A stretch of DNA of 64,000 nucleotides from Lama guanicoe (taxonomy: Eukaryota): NCBI GenBank assembly GCA_013239625.1, contig MU053379.1, positions 2,586,866 through 2,650,865 on the forward strand, written 5' to 3'. The position numbers were made by a program, and so were the translations under genes. Shown here in pieces: positions 63,555 to 64,000 of this stretch. Positions within the stretch are counted from its first letter, which is position 1. Each line of letters opens with the position of its first letter. The notes under the pieces were generated by a model, which was given only the letters and a program-made list of their open reading frames with translations, searched no databases and was not told where the DNA came from.

Positions 63555-63685
63555 AAAAAAAACTGAGGGGGAGGGGGAGGTAAATTAGGCTTATTTATTT
63601 ATTTTGGCAGAGGTACTGGAGACTGAACCCAGGGCCTCGTGCAGACTAAGCACACGCTTGACCACTGAGCTGCACCCTCCCTCCT
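63555..63685 (-). mobile_element. Camelid tRNA-derived SINE
   Basis: gggggaggtaaattaggcttatttattt..gaggtactggagactgaacccagggcctcgtgcagactaagc..accactgagctgcaccctccc; TSD tcattccaactcatt / tcattctaattcatt. Confidence 0.88.
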
Positions 63686-64000
63686 CATTCTAATTCATTC
63701 TAAGTGTACAACAGACACCAGACCAGAAGGGGAAACACAGAACTCAGGTCTGTGTATATCAGATAAAATATATTTTGACCGATCGTTTGTACACACGGGA
63801 CAGTTAACAAGCATGCAGAAAACTCAGAACTCTGTGTTATAAGGTCTGTTGATAAATGTATGTGAATCACGGCATAAACTCACGTGAGGATGCACGCCAG
63901 TATCATTTTTACTAAAAAGATCAAACCTAATCCGAAGTAGATCTAATTATGTCTAAATCATTTGTTTGGTCATTTAAGCAACTGGAAAAGAACCAAGAGA

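Noticed and set aside
1..64000. A previously undescribed multi-gene biological system
   Set aside because: All recognisable coding sequence is explained by CFAP61 exons and L1 ORFs; remaining oddities are local structural features or candidate enhancers.

Overview
Mammalian genomic DNA, most likely from a camelid, judging by tRNA-derived SINEs with the camelid 'GGGGAGGGTATAGCTCAGTGGTAGAG...AACCTAATTACCTCCCC' structure. The window lies inside the + strand gene CFAP61 (C20orf26, cilia- and flagella-associated protein 61). Seven consecutive internal coding exons can be placed with matching splice phases: 1968-2146, 3769-3808, 6387-6526, 30746-30872, 33699-33776, 37376-37582 and 40567-40701, giving 906 nt = 302 codons with no stop. 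The first intron appears to use a non-canonical GC donor. The 24 kb third intron holds a sense-oriented, full-length but inactivated LINE-1 with a target-site duplication; its 5'UTR and ORF1 N-terminus (about 2.15 kb) are tandemly duplicated. Several other short local duplications, one with an A-B-A-C-B templated structure, cluster between 20 and 37.3 kb. There is also a twin 13-bp-arm palindrome at 41.6 kb and several AT-rich, repeat-free blocks that could be enhancers. The rest is ordinary intron with old repeats (L1M, L2, MIR, MaLR/ERVL LTRs, hAT-Charlie). I found no support for a genuinely new multi-gene system. Gene and repeat family names come from recalled consensus sequences, not searches, and old-repeat boundaries are approximate.
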